From the NCBI GenBank assembly GCA_963786935.1, contig CAWBAN010000004.1, positions 160,001 through 224,000 on the forward strand: a stretch of 64,000 nucleotides of DNA. Reading direction: 5' to 3'. Under the pieces are notes generated by a model that did no database searches, had not been told where the DNA came from, and saw only the letters and a program-made list of their open reading frames with translations. Source of the stretch: an uncultured bacterium (lineage in GTDB: Bacteria > Krumholzibacteriota > Krumholzibacteriia > Krumholzibacteriales > Krumholzibacteriaceae). Positions 44,804 through 55,500 of this stretch are shown piece after piece. Position 1 is the stretch's first letter, and each line of letters starts with the position of its first letter. The position numbers and the translations under genes were made by a program.

Positions 44804-47275
44804 GTGAAAAAGCCGTGCATTTCGGGAGCGGCTCTCGCCGCGATGATCGTTTTCGCCGCCGTATCGATCCCGCGCGCAGCCCCGCTCGCGGATATATTCG
44901 CGCTCACGGTGTACGAGCAGACGGGAACGATCAACGCGTACACGTTCCAATCCAGCGATCCGCTCATCTACGCGAAGCGCGCGGGCTACCCCGGGCCGGC
45001 GGGCTGGGGCTACAGCGGGTACGACTTCGGGACGGGCGGGTGCGAGTACTACGATCTCTATCTCAGCGACTCCCTGGGGAACGTCCTGGCTCTCAGCCCC
45101 GGCGATGCGCTTCCGGCACCCGCGTATCTCACGATCGTCTGCATGGATCTCAACTGCAACGACGGCTCGATCACCCCGGCGCCGTCATGGGTGGGGGCCG
45201 GTAACAGCATCGACGCGGTGAAGATCGTCTCCGCCGGCGTGACCTATTGGGCGAACAGCGTCCTGCAGGCGGCCTACGGTCTCTGCGACGAGCCGTTCTC
45301 GGCGAAGACGTCGAACTTCGCGGATGAAGCGCTCGGTCCCCAGAACGGCGGCATCACAAAGATGGGATGCGGCCTCTCGACGCTCACCCTGCGATTCTCG
45401 CCTCCGGCGCCCGCTCCGCCCGATACGTCGCTGGAGCACGACCCGATGTACGCCAACGCCCATCCGTTTTTCGACTGGCGCGAGAAGGAAGCCGCATGGT
45501 ACACGGCTTCCGACGGCTATATGAACGTCACCGACCCGACCTGGCACAACGGGATCATTTCGGGCAGGGCATTCGAGGATTCGCAGGATGTCGTGATGAT
45601 CTCGCGGATCTACCGGGGGAGCTCCACCAATTACATGCTCGGATTCACGAGCGTCCCCGCGGAGTCGTCGGATTTCCATTACAGCAACATCGATCTCGGG
45701 ATCTACGTGCATTCGACGGGCTCGATCAGGCCCACGTGGGACGTCGACGATTCCGGCTACTGGTCGACGACGATTCCCGAGGGCTTTTACGATATCAGGA
45801 TATCTCTGAACAGGGCGGCGCAGACGGTGAGCTATGCGATCGCGCGCGTCGACAACTACATTTCTCCCCTGTCCGATTTCGCGTCGCCGCTCTGGACTGC
45901 TCTGGAATCCCGGCCGATCGCGGGGAGCTACCACATCCAGATCAACCCGTACAGCAGCTACGGGCGCGTTTACGACGTGTGGTGCTCGACTTCGGCGGCG
46001 CCGCCGCCGATGCCGGACCTGAGAATCACCGCCGTCGGCGACGTGGGGAACGATCAGGGCAGGATGGTGCGAATCAAGTGGAATGCGTCGATGCACGACG
46101 CGCTCGGCAGCTCGAAGCCGGTCACGACGTATACGATCTGGCGGCGGATCGATCCGCTGCCGCTCGCGATGAGCGGCCTCGAACCGTCCGGCGCCTCCGG
46201 CGGCATCTCCGCCGGCGCGATGCTCGTGTATCCGCCCGGCGAATGGGACTACGTGACGTCCGTTCCGGCGTGCTGCGAGGAGACATACTCGACGCTTGTG
46301 CCGACCCTCGCCGACTCGACGGTTCTGTGCGGCATGCGGTATTCGGTCTTCTTCGTGCGGGCGCTCACCGCGACGCCGGGGATCTATTTCGACTCGCCTG
46401 TCGACAGCGGGTATTCGGTCGACAATGTCGCACCGGCGCCGCCCACGGGAATGAGCGGCACGCAGGTCGCGAACGGGCTCAAGATAACATGGGCGCCTTC
46501 GACGGATCCTGATTTCTCGCATTTCGTGCTTTCGAAGGGCGCCTCCGAAAACGATCCGGCGCCTGCCGTCATCGCGACGCTCGCGGGGACCTCGTACGTC
46601 GACGAATCGTGGAATCCCCAGATGAACTCGTATTACTACATGGTGCAGGCCGTCGACCGGAGCGGCAATGCCGGCGCGTGCACGCAGCTGGCGCCGGATG
46701 AGAATGTCGCCACACTGCTCGAGAGCTTCGCGCTGAGGCTCGCGGGCTCCCGCGTCGAGCTCGAATGGCGCCTGTCCGCGTGCGACGAGGGCATGTCATT
46801 CGCCGTTTTTCGGGGGGCGGATCCCGGCGTGACGTTCGAAGCGCTGCCGAGCACGGGGCTGACGCGGGACGGGCTCGGCTTCGTATATCGCGACGCCGGA
46901 TGCGAGCCGGGCGCCTCATACCGTTACCGTGTCAAGTGCACGAACGGGTCGAGGACGATGGAGCTCTTCGTGACCGAGCCGATCATGACGCCTTCGATGC
47001 CGCTCATGCTCCGCCAAAACAGCCCGAACCCGTTCAATCCTTCGACGACGATTTCGTACTACCTGCCCGCGAGCATGCGGGTGCGGCTCGATGTCTATGA
47101 CGTGTCGGGGCGGCTCGTCGCCCGCCTCGCCGACGAAGAGCAGGAGCGAGGCGACAGGGCCGTGCAGTGGGACGGCCGCAACGCGCGCGGGGAGCGCGTG
47201 AGCTCCGGAGTGTATTACTACCGGCTCCAGGCGGGGAAGGAGCTCCTCTCCCGCACGATGGTTCTTCTGAGATAG
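44804..47275 (+). CDS. Secreted protein, unknown N-terminal domains plus DQG/SVDNVAP module and T9SS-type CTD
   Basis: GTG after GGAGG; signal peptide; CTD QNSPNPFNP...RTMVLLR. Confidence 0.85.
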   Translation: MKKPCISGAALAAMIVFAAVSIPRAAPLADIFALTVYEQTGTINAYTFQSSDPLIYAKRAGYPGPAGWGYSGYDFGTGGCEYYDLYLSDSLGNVLALSPGDALPAPAYLTIVCMDLNCNDGSITPAPSWVGAGNSIDAVKIVSAGVTYWANSVLQAAYGLCDEPFSAKTSNFADEALGPQNGGITKMGCGLSTLTLRFSPPAPAPPDTSLEHDPMYANAHPFFDWREKEAAWYTASDGYMNVTDPTWHNGIISGRAFEDSQDVVMISRIYRGSSTNYMLGFTSVPAESSDFHYSNIDLGIYVHSTGSIRPTWDVDDSGYWSTTIPEGFYDIRISLNRAAQTVSYAIARVDNYISPLSDFASPLWTALESRPIAGSYHIQINPYSSYGRVYDVWCSTSAAPPPMPDLRITAVGDVGNDQGRMVRIKWNASMHDALGSSKPVTTYTIWRRIDPLPLAMSGLEPSGASGGISAGAMLVYPPGEWDYVTSVPACCEETYSTLVPTLADSTVLCGMRYSVFFVRALTATPGIYFDSPVDSGYSVDNVAPAPPTGMSGTQVANGLKITWAPSTDPDFSHFVLSKGASENDPAPAVIATLAGTSYVDESWNPQMNSYYYMVQAVDRSGNAGACTQLAPDENVATLLESFALRLAGSRVELEWRLSACDEGMSFAVFRGADPGVTFEALPSTGLTRDGLGFVYRDAGCEPGASYRYRVKCTNGSRTMELFVTEPIMTPSMPLMLRQNSPNPFNPSTTISYYLPASMRVRLDVYDVSGRLVARLADEEQERGDRAVQWDGRNARGERVSSGVYYYRLQAGKELLSRTMVLLR

Positions 47276-47284
47276 GCGCGCCCG

Positions 47285-47293
47285 TGTTATAAT
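47285..47293 (+). promoter_or_regulatory. Extended -10 promoter element
   Basis: TGTTATAAT, 34 nt upstream of ATG 47327. Confidence 0.5.
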
Positions 47294-47326
47294 GGATACC
47301 GGTTCGCTGCCAGAGGGGGGCCACCA

Positions 47327-48316
47327 ATGAGAATCAGATTATCGCTCGTGACATTGGTGTCCGCTCTTCTGTGCTTGCCCGGAATCGCCCTCGCGCAGCC
47401 CCCGGGCTGCTCCTGGGAAGGCGATCCCTGCATGCGGTACGGCTTCGGCCAGTATGACGGCTTGCCGTACAACCAACCCGGCCCGGATTACGCGAATATC
47501 TACCCCGGCGGGACGGTGACCTACACGCTCGCTCCGTACAACGCGACGCCGTACAATCCAGGTCCCTGCAAGCTCCTCGATACTCTGTGCTGCCATATCT
47601 GGAGCGTCAAGGGTTGGAACATCGTCACCGATCCGCCCGCGGGGACCCCCGAGGAACTCCCGGCAGGCGGCTACATCTGGTATCAGGATATCACGATCAC
47701 TGCTCCATGCGACGCTTCGATCGGCGACAAGGACACTCTGATCGCGAAGGTCGCCTATACGAACATCGCGGGAGTGTGCGCTCCCGAGTGCGGCGACTGC
47801 CTCGATCCGAACATTCGTCCGGCGACCGGCGTCAAGTATTACAACGCCGATACGCTGATCCTGACCGTCATAGCACCTCCTCCGGCGCTCGTGGTGCTGC
47901 AAGATACGCTTACGTTAGTTGATGCGGGACAAGCCCAGGCGCACATTCCGTTCACGATCTGCAACCAGAACGACTGCGCCCCGCCGACGCTATTCGGATA
48001 TCAGATCACGAGCGCGGGCAATCCGCGCATCCCGGTCATCAACCAGACAGGATCCGTCACGGTCGACGGCGGCTTTTGCAAGGATATTTACGGCATTATC
48101 AACGCGGGCATCGCGCGCGCATGCGATTACGATACCCTGACGATCGTCGCCTGGACGCCCGCACCGGTCGTATACGACACGTGCGTGCAGGTGATCCATG
48201 TAATCGAGTCCTGCTGCGCGCCGGTTTTCACGCCCGGCGTCGCGGCGGCTCTCGTGCTCGCGCTCATTCTCGCGGCCGCCGTGTTCATGAGGAGTCGGGC
48301 CGCCGGAAAGGCGTGA
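47327..48316 (+). CDS. Cys-rich exported protein with C-terminal membrane anchor or sorting signal
   Basis: Signal peptide; many Cys; C-terminus APVFTP + hydrophobic helix + basic tail MRSRAAGKA. Confidence 0.8.
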   Translation: MRIRLSLVTLVSALLCLPGIALAQPPGCSWEGDPCMRYGFGQYDGLPYNQPGPDYANIYPGGTVTYTLAPYNATPYNPGPCKLLDTLCCHIWSVKGWNIVTDPPAGTPEELPAGGYIWYQDITITAPCDASIGDKDTLIAKVAYTNIAGVCAPECGDCLDPNIRPATGVKYYNADTLILTVIAPPPALVVLQDTLTLVDAGQAQAHIPFTICNQNDCAPPTLFGYQITSAGNPRIPVINQTGSVTVDGGFCKDIYGIINAGIARACDYDTLTIVAWTPAPVVYDTCVQVIHVIESCCAPVFTPGVAAALVLALILAAAVFMRSRAAGKA

Positions 48317-48352
48317 TGAATCCCCCCGCTCGATGCGGATGCGATTGCGCCA

Positions 48353-49444
48353 TCAGTTATGGATGCACGAGCCGATCCGCAAGTACAGCGGGCCGAATCT
48401 TCTCAGGAGCCAAGAGGCCAGCACCAGAAGAGCAAGATAGAGCACTACGACGGCTGCCGCTTCGACGCCGCGTTCCGGGCGTTTCTTCCGAAGGATGAGC
48501 CGCATGGGAAGCGCCACGGCGCTCGAGATGAACCTCGGAAGGGGAAACATGAACGGCGTCCCGGCCGCATAGGCCTCGTACTCCTCTCTCCGCTCGCGGC
48601 GCATTTCCATCTCTTCGACGAGCGCCACTCCGACGATGATCATGGTGGAAACGAGCCATGGCAGGCTGTCGGGAATTCCCCAGCCGATCTGAAAATGCGC
48701 GCCCTCATTGTGATTCAGCATGAACACGAGCATTCCGTAGCTCCAGACGATCCAGCCGAGGTATTGCGGGTGCCGGCTGAAACGGTAGACCCAGAACCGC
48801 GCCGTTCCTTCATGAAGCCATTTAGCGCGAAACCACGCAACGACGGCGAGGATGAACAGGAAGAGTCCGGCACCCATGATGAGATAGGGGAGAATCGTGC
48901 GCAGATCGAGGCGGATCAGAAAACCCAGATACAGGAGCCCGATAGTGGGAAGAAACGCGACTTCTCCCAGGCCGAAAAGCTCGAATTCCGGATCGCCCGT
49001 GAGCCCGTGCGCGCCGTCGAGGAGCGGCATCCAGAGGAGCCGCAGGAGGCCGAGCCCGGCCAGGAAGAACATCTGCACGGCGAAATGACCGAAGACCGGC
49101 AGGAAGAACAGCGCCGCTCCCGCGAGGGCCAGCCGGCGTCGTTCGGCGACCAGACCGATCACGATCAGCGCGAGCACCGCGATGAGGCAGGCGTATCCGA
49201 TCGGACGGAGGAGATGCGCCTGAATGTAGAGCTCGGACGGCGTCTCGTTCGGGCCGGACCATATTCCCTGCGGGAAGAGCCTGTCGCCGAACGCGACATT
49301 CAGGGCGCGGTTCAGGAGCAGGGGGAGCTCCACCGAGCCGAACGTGAGGGCGAGGGCGAACACAATCGCCACGAGCGTGAGAGCGACATTGTTTCTCGCG
49401 CCGGGTTTCATTCGATCAGGCTTTCGGATCCACGGCCTCACCAT
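48353..49444 (-). CDS. Membrane protein, isoprenylcysteine methyltransferase/DUF1295-like
   Basis: Multiple TM helices; VYRFSRHPQYLG, EEMEM...YEAY...TP motifs; start uncertain. Confidence 0.7.
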   Translation of the reverse strand: MVRPWIRKPDRMKPGARNNVALTLVAIVFALALTFGSVELPLLLNRALNVAFGDRLFPQGIWSGPNETPSELYIQAHLLRPIGYACLIAVLALIVIGLVAERRRLALAGAALFFLPVFGHFAVQMFFLAGLGLLRLLWMPLLDGAHGLTGDPEFELFGLGEVAFLPTIGLLYLGFLIRLDLRTILPYLIMGAGLFLFILAVVAWFRAKWLHEGTARFWVYRFSRHPQYLGWIVWSYGMLVFMLNHNEGAHFQIGWGIPDSLPWLVSTMIIVGVALVEEMEMRRERREEYEAYAAGTPFMFPLPRFISSAVALPMRLILRKKRPERGVEAAAVVVLYLALLVLASWLLRRFGPLYLRIGSCIHN

Positions 49445-49472
49445 GGCCGCCGCCCAACGACGTTATCGGGAA

Positions 49473-49769
49473 CTATATCTCCTTTATGAGATCGAGGAAC
49501 TTCATGTACGGGATCGCGATCAGGCTCTCGGCCTGCAGCGCCCCGTTCGAGAGGCTGATCAGCGACACCTTCGCCGCGGTTTCCTCGTCCGGCGCCTCGT
49601 AGATGTCGATGAAGTCGTACTTCCCGAGGAGCGCGTAGTGCGTGAGGAACTTCACCTCGGGGCACTTCGCCTTCACCTGATCGAGCCACGCCCTCCCGAG
49701 CTTCGCCCGGTCGTCCATGCGCCGGGAGACGTCGGGGGAGAGCTTCGTGAGGAGAATGTACGTCTGCAT
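49473..49769 (-). CDS. GYD domain protein
   Basis: MQTYILLTKL...YALLGKYDFIDIYEAPDEE; ATG after AAAGGCGG. Confidence 0.85.
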   Translation of the reverse strand: MQTYILLTKLSPDVSRRMDDRAKLGRAWLDQVKAKCPEVKFLTHYALLGKYDFIDIYEAPDEETAAKVSLISLSNGALQAESLIAIPYMKFLDLIKEI

Positions 49770-49873
49770 ACGATCACCGCCTTTCAACGGCATCACCGTT
49801 TCCCCCGTTGATCGTCGCGTCCGATCCCGATGGTGACCATACCTCGACGCGAATTTCGAACCGCTCGACAAAG

Positions 49874-52336
49874 CTATCTCAAGAGCGCCATTTTTCTCGT
49901 TTCCACAAAGCTCCCGGCGCTGAGCCGGTAGAAATAGATCCCGCTCGCGGCGGCGCGGCCGTTCGAGTCGCGGCCGTCCCATGTCTCTTCGTAGCGCCCG
50001 GCGCTCCGATCCTCATCCGCGAGGGCACGCACGAGGCGCCCCGCCGCGTCATAGATCCGCAGCGACACATGCCCCGGCGCCGAGAGCCCGAAGGCGATGC
50101 GTGTCGTCGGATTGAACGGATTCGGATAGTTCTGCGCGAGATAGCTCGCATCGGGCGCTTTCGGCGTGTCGGTGCCCGTCACGTCGTCGGGCGCGATCAG
50201 CGCCAAGCCGCTCTCGTTGCCATGCCGGTCGACGGCCGAGACCTTGTAGAAATATCCGCCGTCCCAGCGCCAGTCGGCGTCGAAGTACTCGACCTCCACG
50301 GGCATGGCGATGCGATTACCCTCCGACGGAACGAAATCGGCCGATGTGCCGCGATACACGGAGTAGTGCCAGAGATCGGGCTCCACCTGTGCGTCCCAGG
50401 CAAGCTGCAGTCCCTCGGGCTCGAAGCTCTGCTCGGCCATGAGCCCTTCCGGCATGCCGGGCGCGAGGTTGTCCACCGAGTAGCCGCTGTCCGGCTCCGA
50501 GGCGACATGAGCGGCCGGGACCGTCGTATGGGCCGTCACGACGTATGTTTCCAAGGGAATGCCGGCGCTCGTCGAGTCGGTCTTCGTGGGAACCGTGAAA
50601 TCGTAATACTCCTCCTGCATGGCGGCATGGAAGCCGAGCGACTCCCATGTGCCGGGAGGGAGGCCGAGCGCGGCCGCGGCCGCTCCGGCAAAGCGCAGCC
50701 CGAGCGCTCTCTCGGGCGCGGTGAAGAACGATTCAACCGTGTGAGATTCGAGGGACGTCATATTACCGGCGGAAGGGAGCACGGCAGGCGCGGCGCCGCC
50801 CGAAACCAGCCGCCAGACGTTGTACCCCGTGATCGCGTAGGGGCCCACGTAGGCCACGTCGTACTCCGATCGCGCAACGTGCAGTCTCGCCCATCCTCCT
50901 TCATCCGCTGGGACGTCCGCGACGTCCTCGATCCGCGGCCAGCTTCCGCCCGGGAATCCCGGCGGCTTCACCCGCTGGGCGTAGATCTCGTAGTCGCTTC
51001 CGCTGCGAAAATCCCGCCACGCCGCAATCGCGCCGCCGGCGCCGTCCGAAGCGATCGCGGGCGTCAACTGGTCATGGACGGCGGAGCAGATGGCGACCCC
51101 GTCCGCGGTCCACTGCGCGGCTCCGAGGGCGCTCACTCGCTGCACATAGACGTCCGCGCCGCCGTTGCGGTAATCATGCCAGGTGATGACGGCGCCGCCC
51201 GCGCCGTCCGGAGCGATCGTCGGATTCGTCTGATTGCCGGCGGCAGTGCAGATTTGGACGCCGTCATCCCCCCACTGAACGGCGCCCGGATTATCGATCC
51301 GCTGGGCATAGATGTCTTTGAGCCCGTCGCGCGCGTCAATCCAGGCGATGATCGCCCCACCCGCGCCGTCGGCGACGATCACCGGCTCCTGCTGGTTGTT
51401 GGCCGCCGCGCAGATGACGGCGCCGTCGCCGGTCCATTGAATATCGCCGTAGCCGTTCACCCGCTGGGCGTAAATGTTTTCGTCCGCGCCCCCGGCCCGG
51501 AGGTCATACCACGTAACGATCGCCCCGCCCCCGCCGTCCGAAACGATCTCGGGATAATACTGGTTGCCGAAGGCCGCGCAGAGGGCGATCCCGTCGCCGG
51601 TCCACTTGATGTTTCCGCCGCCGTCCACCCGCTGGGAGTAGATATCGGAATAGACTCCGCCCCGCTGATCCATCCAGGCGATGATGGCACCCCCCACGCC
51701 GTCGGAGTCGATCACGGGACGCTGCTGATCGCCGCCGGCCGCGCAGATGGCGATCCCATTCGCGGTCCACAGGATCGTGCCCTTGTAATCCACCAGCTGG
51801 GCATAGATGTCGTAGTTGGCGCCGCCGCGCCGATCATACCAGGTGATGAAGGCGCCGCCCGCGCCGTCGGAGACGATCCGCGGATAAAATTGATTGTCCG
51901 CGGCCGTGCAGACGGCGATCCCGTCCGCGGTCCACAGGGGCGTTCCCGAGGCGTTCACCCGTTGGGCGTAGATATCGTACGTCGTCTTGTCGCGATAATC
52001 ATGCCACGTGATGATGGCGCCGCCCGCGCCGTCCGAGACGAGCTGGGGATAGAGCTGATAGCCGTCCGCCTCGCAGACGGCGATCCCGCCCGCCGTCCAG
52101 AGGGGGGTCCCGAAGGCATCCACGCGCTGGGCGTAGACATCGGTGTACTCCCCGGCGGCCTTGAACCAGGCGATGATGGCGCCGCCCGCGCCGTCCGGGA
52201 CGATCGCCGGCTCGGAGGAACCGTAGTTCGCGCCGATGAAAATGCCGTCGCCCGTCCAGTAGGCAGCCGCGGGTTCAGCGAGGAGCAGGACAAGCGAGCA
52301 CACGAGCAGCAGACGCATCATGACCTGGGATTTCAA
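49874..52336 (-). CDS. Secreted 8-repeat propeller-like protein with T9SS-type CTD
   Basis: Eight DG[AVG]GGA repeats; DEGG and SVDNLAP modules; CTD; start TTG 52336 after GGAGG (ATG 52321 is an alternative). Confidence 0.88.
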   Translation of the reverse strand: MKSQVMMRLLLVCSLVLLLAEPAAAYWTGDGIFIGANYGSSEPAIVPDGAGGAIIAWFKAAGEYTDVYAQRVDAFGTPLWTAGGIAVCEADGYQLYPQLVSDGAGGAIITWHDYRDKTTYDIYAQRVNASGTPLWTADGIAVCTAADNQFYPRIVSDGAGGAFITWYDRRGGANYDIYAQLVDYKGTILWTANGIAICAAGGDQQRPVIDSDGVGGAIIAWMDQRGGVYSDIYSQRVDGGGNIKWTGDGIALCAAFGNQYYPEIVSDGGGGAIVTWYDLRAGGADENIYAQRVNGYGDIQWTGDGAVICAAANNQQEPVIVADGAGGAIIAWIDARDGLKDIYAQRIDNPGAVQWGDDGVQICTAAGNQTNPTIAPDGAGGAVITWHDYRNGGADVYVQRVSALGAAQWTADGVAICSAVHDQLTPAIASDGAGGAIAAWRDFRSGSDYEIYAQRVKPPGFPGGSWPRIEDVADVPADEGGWARLHVARSEYDVAYVGPYAITGYNVWRLVSGGAAPAVLPSAGNMTSLESHTVESFFTAPERALGLRFAGAAAAALGLPPGTWESLGFHAAMQEEYYDFTVPTKTDSTSAGIPLETYVVTAHTTVPAAHVASEPDSGYSVDNLAPGMPEGLMAEQSFEPEGLQLAWDAQVEPDLWHYSVYRGTSADFVPSEGNRIAMPVEVEYFDADWRWDGGYFYKVSAVDRHGNESGLALIAPDDVTGTDTPKAPDASYLAQNYPNPFNPTTRIAFGLSAPGHVSLRIYDAAGRLVRALADEDRSAGRYEETWDGRDSNGRAAASGIYFYRLSAGSFVETRKMALLR

Positions 52337-52592
52337 TCGAACCACCTCCTGGTGCAGTGGAGCTATTTTCCCCGGATTCCGGATTCAGAGCACGGCAACA
52401 CGAAAAAGCAAATCCCCCTCGAGACGGTGTCCCCTCCCGGTCTCTCTTTTCCTTTGGTATTGATCATAATTATATCACAGTTCGCCCCCCATTTTCGACC
52501 GAATCCTGTCAATGGCTTGTCCGCGGCGCCAGCGCGTGCAAGATTCACCCAATACACAGCACATTACTCTGCATGAATAGAGGAAGGAACGT

Positions 52593-55500
52593 ATGAAATT
52601 CTTTCTTGGAATGGACGTCGGAACGGTCAGCGCGAAGTGGGCACTCGTCGGCGCGCGGGACGCAATCGAGGCGCTCGCGGCGAAACAAGGGAGCCCCGTC
52701 GCCGAGGTTTACGCCTACCCCGGCGATACGGCGAAGGCGATCGCCGTGTCGAGCTATCGGCGGATCCAGGGCCGTCCGCTCGAGGCGTCGGCGAAGCTCC
52801 TGAACGAGCTCTTCGAGCACGTCGGCTTCGAGGATATCGGCGGCGCCATCGTCACCGGCTCGGCGGCGAAGCTCGTGGGCACGGCCCTCGGTCTCCCCGT
52901 CGAGAACGAGTTCAAGGCCGCGGCGATCGGCATCGGCACGCTCTACCGCGACGTCGTCAACATCTTCGAAATGGGCGGCGAAAACTCGAAGTTCATCCAC
53001 ATATCGAACGACGACGGCCGGATCGGCATCGTCGACTACGAGACGAACGGGGACTGCGCCGCGGGCACCGGCTCCTTCATGGACCAGCAGTCGACGCGGC
53101 TCCGCTATCAGATCGAGGACGTCGGCAATCTCGTTCTCGCCGCCGAGCGCACGCCGAAGATCGCGGGGCGCTGCAGCGTGTTCGCCAAGTCCGACATGAT
53201 CCACGCGCAGCAGAAGGGCTACAAGCCGGACGAGGTGCTCAAGGGGCTCTGCGAATCGGTCGCGCGGAACTTCAAGAGCAACATCGCGCGGGGAAAATCC
53301 GTGCACGGCAAGACCGCCTTCATCGGCGGCGTGGCGCTCAACAAGGGCGTGGCCGGATCTCTCAGGCATATCTTCGAGCTCGAGGAGAAGGATTTCTTCG
53401 TGCCGAAAGAAGGCGTTCACGCAGCCGCGATCGGCGCCGCGATCATCTCGGGAGGGGGAAACGGTTCCGCGCCGGCCGCGCAGAAGAAAGCTGCGGGCGC
53501 GAAAGGCGCCGCGGACAAGCCGGCGCTCGACATCGCCATGCTGAAGGATCGCCTCGCTCACTTCACGTCCCAGGCCGCCTCGGAGTTCCCGTCGTTGAAG
53601 CGCCTCACGCGCGACCGCGTGCTCTTTCTCCGCGACCGCGTCGACAAGTATTCCTTCGACGGCCGGAAGCTCCCCGTCGACGCCTACCTCGGCATCGACA
53701 TCGGCTCGGTGAGCACGAACCTCACGCTCATCGACGACGGCGGCGCCGTCATCAAGGAGATTTACCTCCGCACGCAGGCGCGGCCGATCGAGATCGTGCA
53801 TCAGGGCCTGCAGGAGATCGAGCGCGAGGTGGGGGATAAGGTCAGAATTCGCGGCGTCGGAACGACCGGCTCGGGCCGCGAGCTCATCGGCGAGCTCATC
53901 GGCGCCGATACGATCGTCGACGAGATCACCGCGCACAAAACGGGCGCGGCGTTCATCGGGGACGCGATGATCGGGAAGAAGGTCGACACGATCTTCGAGA
54001 TCGGAGGGCAGGACGCGAAGTTCATCAGCATCTCCGACGGGATCGTCGTCGATTTCACGATGAACGAGGCGTGCGCCGCCGGCACCGGCTCCTTCCTCGA
54101 GGAGCAGGCCGAGAAGCTCGACGTGAAGATCGTGAACGAGTTCGCAGACCGCGCCTTTACGTCGGAGCGGCCGCTCCGCCTCGGCGAGCGCTGCACCGTC
54201 TACATGGAGCAGGACGTTTCGGCATATATGAAGAAGGGCGCGGCGAAGAACGACATCATCGCGGGGCTCGCCTATTCGGTCGTCCAGAACTATCTCAACC
54301 GCGTCGTCCGGGGCCGCAAGATCGGCTCGGTCATATTCTTCCAGGGAGGCACCGCGTACAACGACGCGGTCGCGGCGGCGTTCAGCGAGGTGCTCGGCAA
54401 GGAGATCATCGTCCCGCCGTACAACGGCGTCATCGGCGCGATCGGGGCCTCGCTCCTCGTCCGCGAGAAGGTGAAGGCGCTCGAGGTCGATTCGACCTTC
54501 CGCGGGTACGATCTCACCGCCATCGACTACAAGCTCCGCGAGTTCACCTGCCAGGGCTGCACGAACTACTGCGACATTCAGGAGTTCAACGTCGAAGGCA
54601 ACAAAACGTACTGGGGAGACAAGTGCAGCGACCGCTATCGCAAGCGCGCCAAGGTGCCGCGGAAGCCGACGATTCCGAATCTCATGACGCTCTATAACGA
54701 GGCTTTGGAGCGCGATTACATACCGCTCGTGGAGAAAGAGCTCGGCCGCCCGATCGACACGTCGGCGCCGGCCGGAAGCGGCGCGAAGCCGCGCATCGGC
54801 GTCGCGCGCTCGATGTATTTCTACGACCGGCATCCCTTCTGGGGCACGTACCTCCGCGCGCTCGGCGCCGAGGTCGTGCTGAGCCCCAAGACGAACAAGA
54901 AGATCGCGCATCAGGGGATCGAGGCGGCCGTCGCCGAGCCGTGCTTCCCGATTCAGGTCGCGCACGGCCATATCCTCGCGCTCCTCGAGCAGGGGGTCGA
55001 CGGCATCCTCACGCCGAACGTCGTCGACGGCGAGACGGACGCGCCCGAGGTCAAGTCGTACATGTGCCCGTGGGGGCAGACGCTCCCGTTCGTGCTCAGG
55101 CAGGCGCCGATCCTCGATGGGAAAGAGGCGCTCATGATGGCCCCGCTCGTGCATTTCAGGCAGGGGGAGAATTTCGTCGAGAAGGAGCTCTGGGAGTACG
55201 GCAAGCGCTTCGGCGTGAACCGGGCGCGCCACCGCCTCGCGGTCAGGGCCGGCTACGCGGCGCAGCGGATGTTCCGCGACGAGTGCGAAGCCGCGGGACG
55301 CGAGGCGCTCGACCTGCTCGAGAAATCGGGGGAGGCGGGCGTCATCCTCGTCGGGCGGCCGTACAACGTCATCGACAAGGAAGCGAACCTCGACGTGCCG
55401 GGAAAGCTGCGTGACTACTACGGCATGAACGTCATCCCGATATTCTTCCTCCCGCTCGACGGGATCGGCATACGCGACATCGTCGACAACATGTTCTGGA

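Noticed and set aside
52460..52478. FNR/Rex-like operator TTGATCATAATTATATCAC between divergent genes
   Set aside because: Imperfect palindrome whose spacing fits neither consensus; cannot assign
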